This document shows positions 1-12,235 of a DNA stretch of 64,000 nt, piece after piece. Numbering within the stretch: position 1 is the first letter of the stretch; each line of letters begins with the position of its first letter. Source of the DNA: Podarcis melisellensis (Eukaryota); the NCBI GenBank assembly GCA_964234715.1, contig OZ174289.1; one strand, written 5' to 3'. The notes beneath the pieces were generated by a model, which was given only the letters and a program-made list of their open reading frames with translations, did no database searches and was not told the origin of the DNA. The position numbers were made by a program, and so were the translations under genes.

Positions 1-859
1 AAACATGTGGTTTTATACATGGGAACCTTTGATGAAATGCAGGTATATTTAAGCACCTTTCAGGCAACACAACCAAATCACCCTTGTCTGTTCTCCTTGT
101 CTCTAGAAAAACTCATCCCATGAAGACACTGTGTCTCCCAGAAGGGGGAGCTCTGACACCATTTCTGGGGCCCGCCTATAGATTTGCGGATGCCAGCTGT
201 ATACCAGAGCAATTTAAATTCCTATTTGGTTTAGATCTGCGAACACACAGAGAGAGGGAGGGAGGGAGGGATGGAGGGAGACAGACAGACAGAGAGAGAG
301 AGAGACTGGTAATAGCTAAAGCACCCTTGCATAAACTAGGGTTGCCATATATTTTATTTAGGATTCCCAAAGAAAAGCCCAACAATTTTGTCCCCTCTCC
401 CCCCAAAAGCTCAATAACTTTTATGCCCAAATTTTCACTTTGGCAACCTTACCTAACCACTTTTACTAACCATAACCCTGTTGCATCGAATTGATGGTCC
501 AACTAGTCCAGCACCAGCCAATTAGATGTCTTCAGGAAGAATTAAAAACTAACAGGCAGGGCATGTGGGGGAAACCACTTCTTCCAACTGTTTTTCCTGC
601 AGTAGCAAATGTTTTGAGGTAAACTGCCTCTGAAGCTGAAGGTTCCACTTAGCCTTCAGGGGGATAGCCTTCAGCAGACCTTATCCTCCATGGATTTGCC
701 CAAGACTCCCCCTTTTAATGAAGTCTAAGTTTGCAGCTGAAAGCATATCTTGTAGCCATGAATTCCATAAGCAAACTAGACATTGTGTGAACAAGGACTT
801 AAAAAAAAAAAGAACAGAAGAGGAAGCTTCATTTGTGTGGTAGTATAGACTTAGTGATG

Positions 860-2570
860 GTCTGTGTGAAACTTGTTCCTCCCCAAAGCTGCCTAACTGA
901 GGTGCCAGGCTTTGGGAAGGTATGGAGGTTCCCAGAGCCCTCTTGCCTTCTTCCCATATGCTGGGCTCTCCTTCCCAAAGGCTTTGGGAAGGCAGTGAGA
1001 GAGCTCTTGTGCCTTGTTCACAATGCCTGTCACATTTACCTGGCCCTTGTGCCCACCCTCCACCATAAATACAGTGCTGTCTATAGTGTTCCACAGCCAA
1101 GATGGCCCTGAAAGTGTCCTAAAGCTCTCTCAATTACTCCCCAAAGCCTAGCACCTCAGGCATCAAGTTATGGGAAGGCAGTAATAGAGCTCTGGCAACA
1201 TTCCAGAATCCTCCCGCCTCCTTCCCCAAACCCTCCCCCTTCCTTCCCAAAGTGTGGCATGTCCTAGAGCCCTTGTGTCTCCTTCCCAAAGGACAGTGCC
1301 TCAGTTACTAGGCTTTAGGAAGCCAGTGAGATGGCTCCAGCAGCAGATACAGACTTTGTCAATATGGTACCCTGAGCGAGGACAAAAATAATCTCCTAAA
1401 GATTAGGCTTTTGGCAATGATGTCCAGCACCTCAAAGCTGCTGCGTCTCATTTCTGAAGCCTAGCACCTCAGTTATCCAGCTCTTGTGCCTCCCTCCCAG
1501 TATTTCTTATTTTCACAATAATTCCTTGCTCTGCCCTAAAGACACTGTCAGCTGCAAAGCCTGGGACTCCTAAGCCTCACCGCCTCCTTCCCAAAACTCA
1601 GAGCCTCATTTCCATCCCAGAACCCCAGAACCTCCTTCCCAAAGCCGCGTGTCTCTATTACCCTGTTCTGGGAAGAGAGTGAAATGGCTCTGGCAGTGTC
1701 CCAGAGCCCTCTTGGCTCCTCCCCCAAGCCTGGTGCCCCAGAGCCCTCCTTCCCGAAGCAGGGTTCTGAGCCCTTGCAGCTCCTGCCGGAAGCCCAGCAC
1801 CTCAAGATAATATCTGGTGCCCTCCCTAAATGTTTCTTATTTTCACAATAATTCCTTGCATCATCCCAAAGTCCACAGCGCGCCTGGCACCTCAAAGCTC
1901 ACACACCTCCTTGCCAAAATGTGGTGCCTCATTTACCCAGCCCTTGCACCTCTTTCACGAAGCCTGGCACCTACTTCAAAATCCCAGCACCTCAGTTACT
2001 GGGCTGAGGAAGGCAATGAGATGGCTCTGGCAGCAGGGGTGAACTTCGGTAATACACCACCCTAATCAAGGACAAAAAAATTCACCCTATAGACTGCACT
2101 GTGCAATGAAACCTGGCACCTCAAAACCCTGGAGCCTCCTTCCCAAAGCCCACTGCCTCAGCCTGGCACCTCCTTACCCCCCAAATATTTCTTATTTTCA
2201 CAATCATTCCTTGCACCACCCTAAAGATGGCACTGCTGGCAGCGAAGCACTCCTCCTTCCCAAAGCCCACTGTCTCAGAGCCCTGTGCCTTCTTCCCAAA
2301 GCCTGGCACTTCAGTTGCATCCCAGAGCTCTTACACATCCTTCTCCAAGCCTATCACCTCAATTATCCAGCTTTGGGAAGGCACTGATATGGCTCTGGCC
2401 AAGAGCCCTTGTGCTTCCTTCTCAAAGCCTGGCAGCTTGCTTACTGGGCTTTGGGAAGATGGCTCCTGAAAGTGGTGTGAAGGTTTTGGGGTACTATCAG
2501 AGCCCTTCCATTCCCTCCCCAAAGCCTGGTAAGTGAGGCAAACCCTCTGGGTGCACAAGTGGAGGAAAGT
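860..2570. repeat. Degenerate higher-order tandem array of CTTCCCAAAGCCTGGCACCTCAG-like motifs in both orientations
   Basis: Many TTCCCAAAGC / GCTTTGGGAAG variants. Block TTTCTTATTTTCACAATAATTCCTTGC at 1503, 1833 and (one mismatch) 2188. Confidence 0.8.
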
Positions 2571-3895
2571 CTGTTTATTTATTTATTTCCCCTCTCAAAT
2601 AAGGTCACAATTGCCTGCCTCTAATCTCTCTCTCTCTTTTTAATTGAAAAAAGCAAATCCTCTTTGTCACTATTAAATACAATGTTCAAATCAGGATGAG
2701 GAAGAGTTAGGGTTGAGGGTGCTTATGAAACCCCCACACACCTGTTATTTCCACTAAATTGAGTTAAATTATCTCTTCCCTGTACTCTTCTAAAAATAGC
2801 AGCTGGGGGGCCCATGCTAAAAGAGGGGTGAGAAAATTCTGGTCCTGGAAGGGGATGCAATATGGCCCTCCAGGCCTGCCTTTCTGGCCCTCAGAACTCT
2901 CCCAGGCCACACCCATCACTGGACCTTGTTGAAATGTGGCTTTGAACTCTGATAATATCTTTTACATGTTTGGATGGAGGTTATGAGCATATTCTCACTT
3001 GGTTTCCATAATGCAATGTGCTCAGCATGCATCATGTATCTTAGGTGGGTATACCAGACTGGAGAGAAGTGTCCTATTTTACCTCACCTTTGGCATACCA
3101 TAAGTGGTGACATAGAGGAGCACTCTGTGATCACAGTGACAAGCAGGATGTTCATGGGAAGCCCACAAACACGACTTGAGCACAACAGCAGTTTCTTCAC
3201 CTGCAATTCCTAGCAACTAATGTTGCTGCAGACAGTGAAAGTGTAGCATAGCTGCCATGGGCAGTAGTCATCAATACCCTTGTTCTTCTGGAATGTTTCT
3301 AACCATCTTTTAAAATCATGTGAGCTGGTGGCTACTCCACATTAGGCAGAATGAAGCAATGCCTCAAGCAGCTGAATTCAGGCATTGCCTGAAAACAGGA
3401 ATTGCGCCAGACATTTTGTTGCCTGAGGAAAAAGACAAGATGGTGCCACTCTCACAATCCTATGTACAGAAGCTGGGCAATTGAATCTTCCTTCAACACT
3501 GGTGATGGGGCAGTGTCCTGAGGGTGGAAGGCACAGTGTGCACCACTAAACATCTGTATTCATTTGCTTTTACATCTTTGTTTTTATATTCCACCTTTGC
3601 TCCCAGGTGCTCAAGGGAGCATACATGGCTCTCTCCCTCTCCATGCCATGAAGTAATTCAGGGTGAGAGATGGTGTCTAGGCCCCCAAGGTCACCAAGAG
3701 AGCTTCATGGCTGACTTGAGATTTGAACCCCTGTTCCCCAGGCCCCAATGACATAACCACTTCTCCATGCTGGCAGTCATCTTACTCTAACAATAGGGCC
3801 AGCCCTGTGTGCAACAACAGCAAACTGTCAGTTGTTTAATTGATTATTGTTGTGGTTTACTCCCAGGGAAGGCACTTGTCTCAGATACTGTGCGC

Positions 3896-4651
3896 TAGGG
3901 ATGGGAAATTCGATTCAGTTTGTGTTTCAAGCAACCCCCTGGAATCTGCACTTTCCAAAGCAATATGCAGACTGAAATGCAGCACTTTCCCAAATTGTGC
4001 TCCAGCCAATTAATGTGTAATGTAAAGGTACCCCTGCCTGTACGGGCCAGTCGTGTCCGACTCTGAGGTTGCGTGCTCATCTCGCTCTAGAGGCCGTGAG
4101 CCGGTGCCGTCTGAAGACACTTCTGGGTCACGTGGCCAGCATGACGGAAGCTGCAGCTGGCGAGCCAGCACCAGCGCAGCACACAGAAACACCGTTTACC
4201 TTCCCGCTATAAAGCGGTCCCTATTTATCTACTTGCACTTAAGAGTGCTTTCAAACTGCTAGGTGGGCAGGAGCTGGGACCGAACGACGGGAGCTCATCT
4301 CGTCACAGGGATTCGAACCGCTGACCATACGATCGGCAAGTCCTAGGCACTGAGGTTTTACCCACAGCGCCACCCGCGTCTCCCAATTAATGTGTACAAG
4401 GATGCATATATGAGGGTAAAAGTGTGAATGCAAAAAGATGCCTATATTTGTGAAAATAATATGCAAAAATGCATCATATTAGGAAAAGCTGCTTCGTTGA
4501 GCAGTGTACTATTAGGAGAAATTCACTAAAATGCTCATCAGCTTTTATGAGGCTTTTTATTATTATTCATTTACTGCAAACCAATGTGGGAAAGGGGGCA
4601 ACAGAATTTAAGATTGGAAAAATGAGAGATTTAAAGTTTTGCCCATCCCTA
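3896..4651. mobile_element. Non-autonomous DNA transposon (hAT-like TIR TAGGGATGGG) interrupted by a Sauria SINE
   Basis: TAGGGATGGG at 3896 and CCCATCCCTA ending at 4651. Similar left-end sequence recurs near 46708 and 63105. No clear TSD. Confidence 0.55.
4020..4382 (-). mobile_element. Sauria SINE (Squam1), full length
   Basis: Minus strand reads GACGCGGGTGGCGCTGTGGGT...GGTTCGAATCCC...GGGGTACCTTTAC. 14-bp TSD CCAATTAATGTGTA at 4006-4019 and 4383-4396. Confidence 0.92.
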
Positions 4652-5367
4652 CCATGAACCTTTGGGTGGGGACTGTGAAGATTGAGTGGGGAGGGAAATA
4701 TAATTTCCTGTTTCGTCTCAGGCAGCGAAATATCTTAGACCAGCCCTCAGCACCCTCCCCCACAAATGTCGGTTTGGCACAGCTTCATGTGCCTTTTCAG
4801 TGCCAGCTTAAAACTGTTTTAATGGATGTTTTCCTGCCCCTGTTGTGCATTTAATGGATGTTTTCTTGCTCCTGTTGGTTGCCTGTCGCTGCCTGTCTTA
4901 ATTGTGAGAGTCAGCTTTTGTATTGCCTTTTCAGAAAATTGTTTTGGATTTCTGCATTCATGTTGTATTCCATATTGCAAGCCGTGCAAATTGAACTACA
5001 AAATGTGGCTGGCTGGGGAAACCATTTACTTGCCTGCTAAGAGGATAGTATTTCATGGCAAGCTATTCATGGCTTCCCATGCACTTGATCTGGAAGCTGC
5101 AATTTGTGCAGAATGCTGCAGCGTGAATGCTGATGGGAGTGAGGTCTTGTCTGCACCTGTGCTCTGAGGTCTGCAGTGTTTGCCAATTTGCTACCAGGCC
5201 AAGTTCAAGGTGTTAGTACTAGAATATGTTTTTACTTGTTGAGCACAAGAGTAGAGGAGATGGCTGAAGCACCTGGCACCCCATTTCCCCCCTAAAAGCT
5301 TAGCTCCTTTCCTTTGATCACCATACGGCTTGGACCATTGAATTGTATTTATTTTTGCCATTATGCC

Positions 5368-5505
5368 TTCTGAAGACATCTGAAGGCAGCCTTGTATAGG
5401 GAAGCTTTTTAATGTTTAATGTTATGTTTTTATATGTGTTGGAAGCTGCCCGGAGTGGCTGGGGCAACCCAGTGGGATGGGTGGGGTATAAATAATAAAA
5501 TAATA
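5368..5505 (+). mobile_element. L2 LINE 3' end with (AAT)n tail
   Basis: Nearly the same sequence as the 3' end of the L2 at 23670-23800. Confidence 0.75.
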
Positions 5506-6094
5506 ATTGTTGCTGTTTGAGGGTATGGGGTGTGTCCTCTTTTTTGCTCTTCAAAATATGGCAACCCTACTTTTAAGCACCATGGTACTTGACTGCCCCC
5601 CACAAAGAGTGTGGCCTCAGCACTATCTTGCTGCATTTGCGAGGGAAACACAAGCTAACCTCCTCTTAGCAGGCTAGGAAGTCAAAGGATCAAGAAGTCC
5701 AATGTAATCCAGTGCAGCCATGGAGGAAGCAAAGTAGCCAACATGAAAGTGAAATAGGCTGTGAGGGAAGGGGGTGAACAATCTATCCTTCTTCCAAACC
5801 TCACCTGCCTGTATTGAATTCCTTCCCACCCGTGGCCAACTGGCAAGCTGTTAAATGCAATGATGGGGGCAGAAAGTCGAAATAATTTTAATCTGTTTTA
5901 GTATTTTAATTTTTGTATGTTTTAAAGTAGGATTGTAAATTCTTATTGATTTTACTGTTTTATTTTTTTCTAAACTGCTTTGAGGTTTGTTTGTTTGTTT
6001 TTAAACTATCCAGTGATACAATGTAGTGCAATAATTAATATAATATAATAATATTATATCCCACTATTTCTGTAATGAACTCAACTACCTTTAT

Positions 6095-6750
6095 AATAAA
6101 TAATAAATAAAATCTTTATTGCAATCCCAAGACCCATCCAACAATTTCAGAACAAAATACAGTTAAGACAGCTAACCACAGAAGAGGGAGGAACCAAGGG
6201 GGTTGTTTTTTCTTGTCTCAAGCGTGATGATCCTTGTTTCTTTTAACTTCCGAGAGAAACTTTGCCACGGCCAGTGTAATATCATTAGACCTGTCATCCA
6301 AAAGATATTTAATATGGGAGGCTTCAAATTTTCCCGGCAGATTTGCCAGTAAGGATTTGATCAGTTGGTCCCTTGTTTGCTCGTACTGCCCACAATGCAG
6401 TAAAATATGCTTCATGCAATCGACGTCCTGAGAACATAAACAAACCCTATTCTGATAAGGGACGCCTCTCAGTCTACCATTTAGCACTTCCGATGGAAAT
6501 ACACGTGGTCTGGCCTTGGTAAATAAACGCCGATAGGTTGGTACAGACAGGTTCCTAAGATATGAGGGTATCTGAAAATCGTACCCATATTGGATTTCTG
6601 CTGCTACCGGGCCACAATTTACATGGGATTGAGATCGCAGGTCGCTATGTGAAATGTCCCAAAGCCTTTGCCTCAGGGAACTTACTTTATAAGGTTCACG
6701 GACTACCATTTCTTTCTGGGCTGTTTTTGACTTTTAAAGCCTTATACATA
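6095..6750 (-). mobile_element. 3' fragment of a non-LTR retrotransposon (RTE-X-like C-terminal Cys/His region)
   Basis: ORF 6218-6709 contains RRLFTKAR...NRVCLC...MKHILLHC...R, the zinc-knuckle-like C-terminus of LINE ORF2. AATAAA and an AT-rich tail follow on the minus strand. Confidence 0.6.
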
Positions 6751-7097
6751 TAGGGACTATTTCCTCCAGGAACCCTGCATGAACCCTGAAACCCTTCCCC
6801 ACGTACTACCACACTAGTGGAGGTCTGGAGGGGGATGAGGAGAGAATGGGTCTTCTCTATATCATTTCTCCATTTATCAAATCAGGGCAAAGTTTGGTAA
6901 TCCTTCATAGCATGGCTCCCTGAGTGAGCCCAAAATTTGGTTCCCTCCAAATGAACCTTCTCAGTTTTGTACTTCCTCGTCTTGGTGCCTTGTGTGAGAG
7001 AGAGGTCCATTTGGCAGCAACCTTGCCATCATTTTGGCACCAGGCTAAGAGTTTCTTTTTACTCCCCCAGGTATTTAAGTAGCACCAATTATCTTTT

Positions 7098-7447
7098 GGG
7101 ACATGGGTGGTGCTGTGGGTTAAACCACAGAGCCTAGGACTTGCCAATCAGAAGGTCGGCAGTTTGAATCCCCGCAACGGGGTGAGCTCCCGTTGCTCAG
7201 TCCCAAATCCTGCCAACCTAGCAGTTCAAAAGCACGTCAAAGTGCAAGTAGATAAATAGGTACCACTCCAGCGGGAAGGTAAACGGCATTTCCGTGCGCT
7301 GCTCTGGTTTGCCAGAAGCGGCTTAGTCATGCTGGCCACATGACCCGGAAGCTGTATGCCGGCTCCCTCGGCCAATAAAGCGAGATGGGTGCCGCAACCC
7401 CAGAGTCGGTCACGACTGGACCTAATGGTCAGGGGTCCCTTTACTTT
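7098..7447 (+). mobile_element. Sauria SINE (Squam1), full length
   Basis: GGGACATGGGTGGTGCTGTGGGTTAAACC head and CCCTTTACTTT tail. 11-bp TSD AATTATCTTTT at 7087-7097 and 7448-7458. Confidence 0.92.
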
Positions 7448-7544
7448 AATTATCTTTTAGAGGGCTGTTAAATTTATTTTGAATTATGCCATTTTATCGT
7501 ATTTTTCTTTACTTTTTATGTTGCCCTGGAACTTTTATTCTTTC

Positions 7545-9200
7545 TTTTGTCAAATAATATTTATTCGTTTTGCAAATTTTTAACAAATCAATACCAAATC
7601 ACATTATATTTTATACAGTTTTTCCAAAAATTGACTTCCTGCTCTTCGTTCTAGATGCTTCCCAACTTTCCCCCATAGCTGCTTGATTTTACATATTTAT
7701 TTCTAATTCACATTTTATTCCTTATATTTGATTTACAATTTTTACAATTTTTATTTTTTTCCTTCCCCATTATCAATTTATCAATTCCTGCTTGTATATT
7801 TACATAACAATAACATATTCCCTTAAAGAACAAAAGAGATTATACATCCCGTTGCCTATCCACTTTAAATCATTACTTATAATTTTATATTAATTTTTCT
7901 TTCTTTTCTTCATGGGTGTGCTGCCTTCTCCTCTATCCTTCACCTTTCAGTAGTTACCCATCTTCCCTTTTCCAATCTACACTCCTCACAGCCAGTGTCC
8001 AATTCCTATCCAGTTCCATATTTTGCAATTCATGTTGTCTCCACAGTGTTTGCACTCTATTATCTGTTGTAAGATTATTTCTCAAGGACAGCCATCTGGT
8101 ATTAACTCTAAGCAAGAAGGGCTCTCGTTATACAGCCCTACACACATCATCGTAGAAACTGGCCCACAAAGACCATTGGGGAGGAAGATAATTATTCCTT
8201 GAAAACTTTAAAATACTAGCAAGATCCCCTCCCCTCCACCATTGCTTTGACAGTTTAGCAATCAGCTATATTTCCAAACATAGTTCAAATCTCTCTTCTT
8301 TTTGAAAAAGCAATCATCTCCAGCAACTCAAACTTGTGGTCTTTATTTCCAATTTCTCATTTTCCTTTTTTTCTCCTCAGTCTGGGTGAGGGTGGGTAAT
8401 ATCTCTTTTTAGTGTGTGCCCACCCTCCCACCAGCACAACACAACACAACACAACACATAAACACACACACAGTGTCCTTTTCACATACCCCTTTCCAAC
8501 ACAATTCCAAATTTATTGCAGTCAGTTCCAATATTCCAAACTAAATTATATCTTCCTTCTGGAGGGGTGTGTGTAATCATCCCTTGACACAAAGAAGAAA
8601 AAAATATAAATCTCTTCCCCTCCTCCTTCACTTCACAAGCTCTGCACATGCAATTTCCTCATAACTCATTCTGTATTTATTCTCTTTTACTTAAATACAG
8701 CCAGGTATATCAAGCTAAAGTTAGTTTAAACTCTAGGGTCCTCTTTTGTAAGCATTTATTCCATTAAGGGTAACCACAAAAACAAGGAACCTTAAAACCA
8801 TAGAGCTACCCTTCTCCTCTTCCAATTCTCTACGGCAGGAATCAACTTCATCACCAACCTTGGTTCCAGCAGCCAAATTTGTCAGCAGCTTGTTCCCCAC
8901 ATATTCTCCACATCTTTAACTTAGTTCCAGTTAGCCAAATTGAGAAGGGAATCTGCACCTGCCATGGCAGATATGGAAGCTGGCTCACTGGCAGAGAGCT
9001 TGAAGACCCAGCGTCATTCTCTTCCAGCCCGTTTCGGAGCCTTCTTGCTTCAGCAGCGGCAGGATTGGGATCCACAGTAACCAAGGGGGTTTCAAGTCTC
9101 CCTGAATTGTCTCAGGGAGTTTCAGGGGACATCTGAGCCACAGCTGCACCCCTCCCATCAAAACCTTTTTCGATTATGGGAAAGCAACCTCCATGGCTGA
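7545..9200 (-). mobile_element. Degraded L1-related element (AT-rich 3' UTR, ORF1-like relics, GC-richer 5' part)
   Basis: T-rich + strand tail with TTTATT near 7560, strong strand skew, and short Glu/Lys-rich minus-strand peptides. Boundaries uncertain. Confidence 0.35.
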
Positions 9201-9814
9201 AAACAGAAACAAAATTCAGACTTTTCTTCTTCTTTAAGAGGGAACGGCTTATTTCCATCCCACAAATAAGTCAATCAATCTCCAAATGGCACATAGAAGT
9301 CTTAACATTAGAACAAAGAAGCAATTCAGTTGGAAATGATGGGATCTTTTCTTTGTTTTGTAGTTTTCATCTTCCAGCCAATTAAGTTCTCTGGGTGGCT
9401 TTTAACAATAAGCCGGGGCAGGGAACTTTTTCTCTTTTTTCAGCTCAAGGGCTGTGTTTATGGGGGTGGGGGGGGGGAAGGCTTTTGGGTGACACATACC
9501 AGCGGAAATCAGGATCAAGTGTGAAAGCAGTTGGAATAATGGGACCGGCTTTTATTTTCGTAACATACTGTATACGGCTGTTGTAAAGGCAACATGGATC
9601 AAGTTTATGGGAAGTAACTTGAACAATCAGGAATAATTTCAATTGTTTATAATGATTTTTTAAGGCAAGTTATATCTTTTCTCCATTCCTTATTAAATTT
9701 TTGGTCCTCCTGGTTTCTAATTCTTCCGGTCATTTTTGCCATCTCAGGATAATTCATCAGTTTAATCTGCTGTTCTTCTCTGGCAGGTATTATATCTTCT
9801 TTCCATCGCTGGGC

Positions 9815-9815
<1 letters not shown>

Positions 9816-9865
<50 letters not shown>

Positions 9866-9939
9866 TTATTATTTATACCCCGCCCATCTGGCTGGGCCTC
9901 GCCAGCCACTTTGGGCGGCTTCCATAAAAACCAAAAATA
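9816..9939 (-). mobile_element. L2 3' end with long (AAT)n microsatellite tail, inserted in L1 ORF2
   Basis: (AAT)n at 9816-9864 followed by the reverse complement of the L2 terminus (TTTATACCCCGCCCATCTGGCTGGG). The L1 frame resumes on both sides. Confidence 0.8.
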
Positions 9940-10982
9940 CAAGTAACATCCGGGCAGCAGCTGTCCCATACATAAATAGTCTCATCTGGTCCATTGGTAT
10001 TTCGGCACCTAAAATCCCTAAAAGGAAAGCTTCAGGGTTTTTTTTTAAAAAAGAAAAGGTTATTTTAAACATTTTCCCCAGTTCATTATATATCATTTCC
10101 CAGAATTCTTTTATTACTTTACAAGTCCACCACATGTGATAAAAGGTGCCTTCCTTTTCCTTACATTTCCAGCATGTATTTGACTTTGTTTTGTACATTT
10201 TAGCTAATTTACTAGGAGCTAAATACCACTAATACATCATTTTCATATAGTTTTCTTTCAAAGTATAACATGCTGTGAACTTTAAATCCCAGTTCCATAG
10301 CCTCTCCCATGCTGCAAGTTGTATATTATACCCAAAGTCCCTGGTCCAGTGTATCGTAACTGATTTGACATCTTCATCTCTTGTATGCCATTCTAATATT
10401 AATTTATACATTTTAGAAAGCAATTAAGTCTTATTTTCTAATAACACTTTTTCAAAATTAGAGGTTTAATTAGAAAAGCCTTTCCTTTTGTCCATCTTAA
10501 ATATGTCATTAAGCTGATGATATTGTAACCAATCAGTTAATAGTCCTCTTATATCTTCATACCTCTTTAATTTTAACTTGTGTTCTACTTCCATTAATAA
10601 TTATTTATAAGTTGCCCAATCATTTCTCATGTTTATTTTTTTTAAAGATACCTGGGAAAGCCATCATGGTGTTTTTTGTTCTAATATTTTTTTATATTTT
10701 TCCCATACTTCATAAAACACTTTCCTTACTACATGGTTTAGGAAAGGTCTATGTACTTTAACTTTATCGTACCACAAATATGCATGCCAGCCATTATTAT
10801 CATGGCCTTCAGGATCTAAAACATCAGTATTTTTTAAAATGATATTCATTCCTTTAGCCAGCATAGGCAGGACACCTCATAATATATACTTAAATCCGGC
10901 AGGGAGAACTCACCTCTTTCTTTAGAGTATCAACAATTTATATTTTATTCTTGGTTTCTTCCCCTGCCAGACAAATCTGGTA

Positions 10983-11224
10983 CAGTGGTACCTCAGATTA
11001 CAGACGCTTCAGGTTACATACGCTTCAGGTTACAAACTCCGCTAACCCAGAAATAGTACCTTGGGTTAAGAACTTTGCTTCAGGATGAGAACAGAAATCA
11101 TGCTCTGGCGGCGCGGTGGCAGCTGGAGGCCCCATTAGCTAACCTGGTACCTCAGGTTAAGAACAGTTTCAGGTTAAGAACGGACCTCCGGAACGAATTA
11201 AGTACTTAACCCAAGGTACCACTG
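10983..11224. mobile_element. Tc1/mariner-superfamily (pogo/Tigger-like) MITE
   Basis: TIRs CAGTGGTACCT / AGGTACCACTG with TA on both sides. Removing it restores the L1 peptide EWQKDITRFVWQG. Confidence 0.9.
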
Positions 11225-11887
11225 TAATGTCTTTTTGCCATTCTCCGAAGTGTCCTACCTTGCTGACCAAAGGTATTGCTTGAAATAAAAATAACATTAT
11301 TGGCAGCACATTCATTTTAATTACCGACATCCTTCCCAATAACGATAAGTTCATCCTTCCCCACACCTCCAGATTTTTCTTTATTTCTCTTCAAGCCGTC
11401 ATATAGTTATCTTTTAAAATATTTATATTCTTAGATGTTATCCACACTCCTAAATATTTATTTTTTTCTCTCTCAATCATTAATCCTGTTAATAATTGTA
11501 ATTATTTTTTATATTGGTCAGTCACATTATTCACCAGCACTTTTGTTTTGCTTTTGTTTATTTTAAAGCCTTCAACGTATCCAAATTTAGAAATCAGTTC
11601 CAGGACCATAGGGTCTTCCACAGTTACCACAAATGCCTGCAAATGCCTTACGTGTATATGCTTTGTACCCTAATGTTATTCCCTTTATTTCTTCATCAGA
11701 TTTTAAACTTCTAGCCAGGGTCTCTCATACTAAAATAAACAATAATGGTCACAGGGGACATCCCTGTCAAAATGACTAACCTTTTTCTCCTTTTCTCACA
11801 GGTGCAAATTTGCTGGCAAACCAGTATAAAACCATTAAACTCTGCCTTCTCTTCCAACAGGTTACACACCATGCATTTTGTGGCCTG

Positions 11888-12066
11888 AGGTCATACTCAC
11901 ACCATAAGTTTAAAGCACTCATACTATTTTAACAACATGCCCCCCACAATCTTGATAAATGCTTGTTAAGGATGCTGGGACTGTGGCTCCCAGGATTCTT
12001 AGTGGGAATGAATGAATGTTAAAGTGGTATAAATGTGCTTTTAGCATATAGTTTGGAAGGTGACCT
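11888..12066. mobile_element. Old palindromic MITE
   Basis: Imperfect terminal inverted repeats AGGTCA.../...TGACCT and internal inverted symmetry. Confidence 0.45.
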
Positions 12067-12235
12067 GCTTCTCATAAGAACTGAATCCTACTTGTGAGGT
12101 TCTTTAAACAAAAATCCCAGAGAAAAATAGTAACTTTAGGGAAAGAAGCATTGAATAATTTCTATGGTGTATTATTATCTCATTGTTATAACATGGAAGA
12201 CGAATGTACAAATGTACAAATCAATAGGTCAAAAT

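Larger units (their letters stand above)
9225..11768 (-). mobile_element. 5'-truncated L1/Tx1-clade LINE (RT, C-terminal CCHC, 3' UTR), interrupted by two insertions
   Basis: Minus-strand peptides RQGCPL, WGRMNLSLLGRMSVIKMNVLP, CWKCKEKEGTFYHMWWTC and YGTAAARMLL/AQRWKE; multiple frameshifts. Confidence 0.88.

Noticed and set aside
860-2570. CRISPR-like repeat-spacer array
   Set aside because: Units are degenerate, irregularly spaced and in both orientations; there are no unique spacers or cas genes, and the context is vertebrate.
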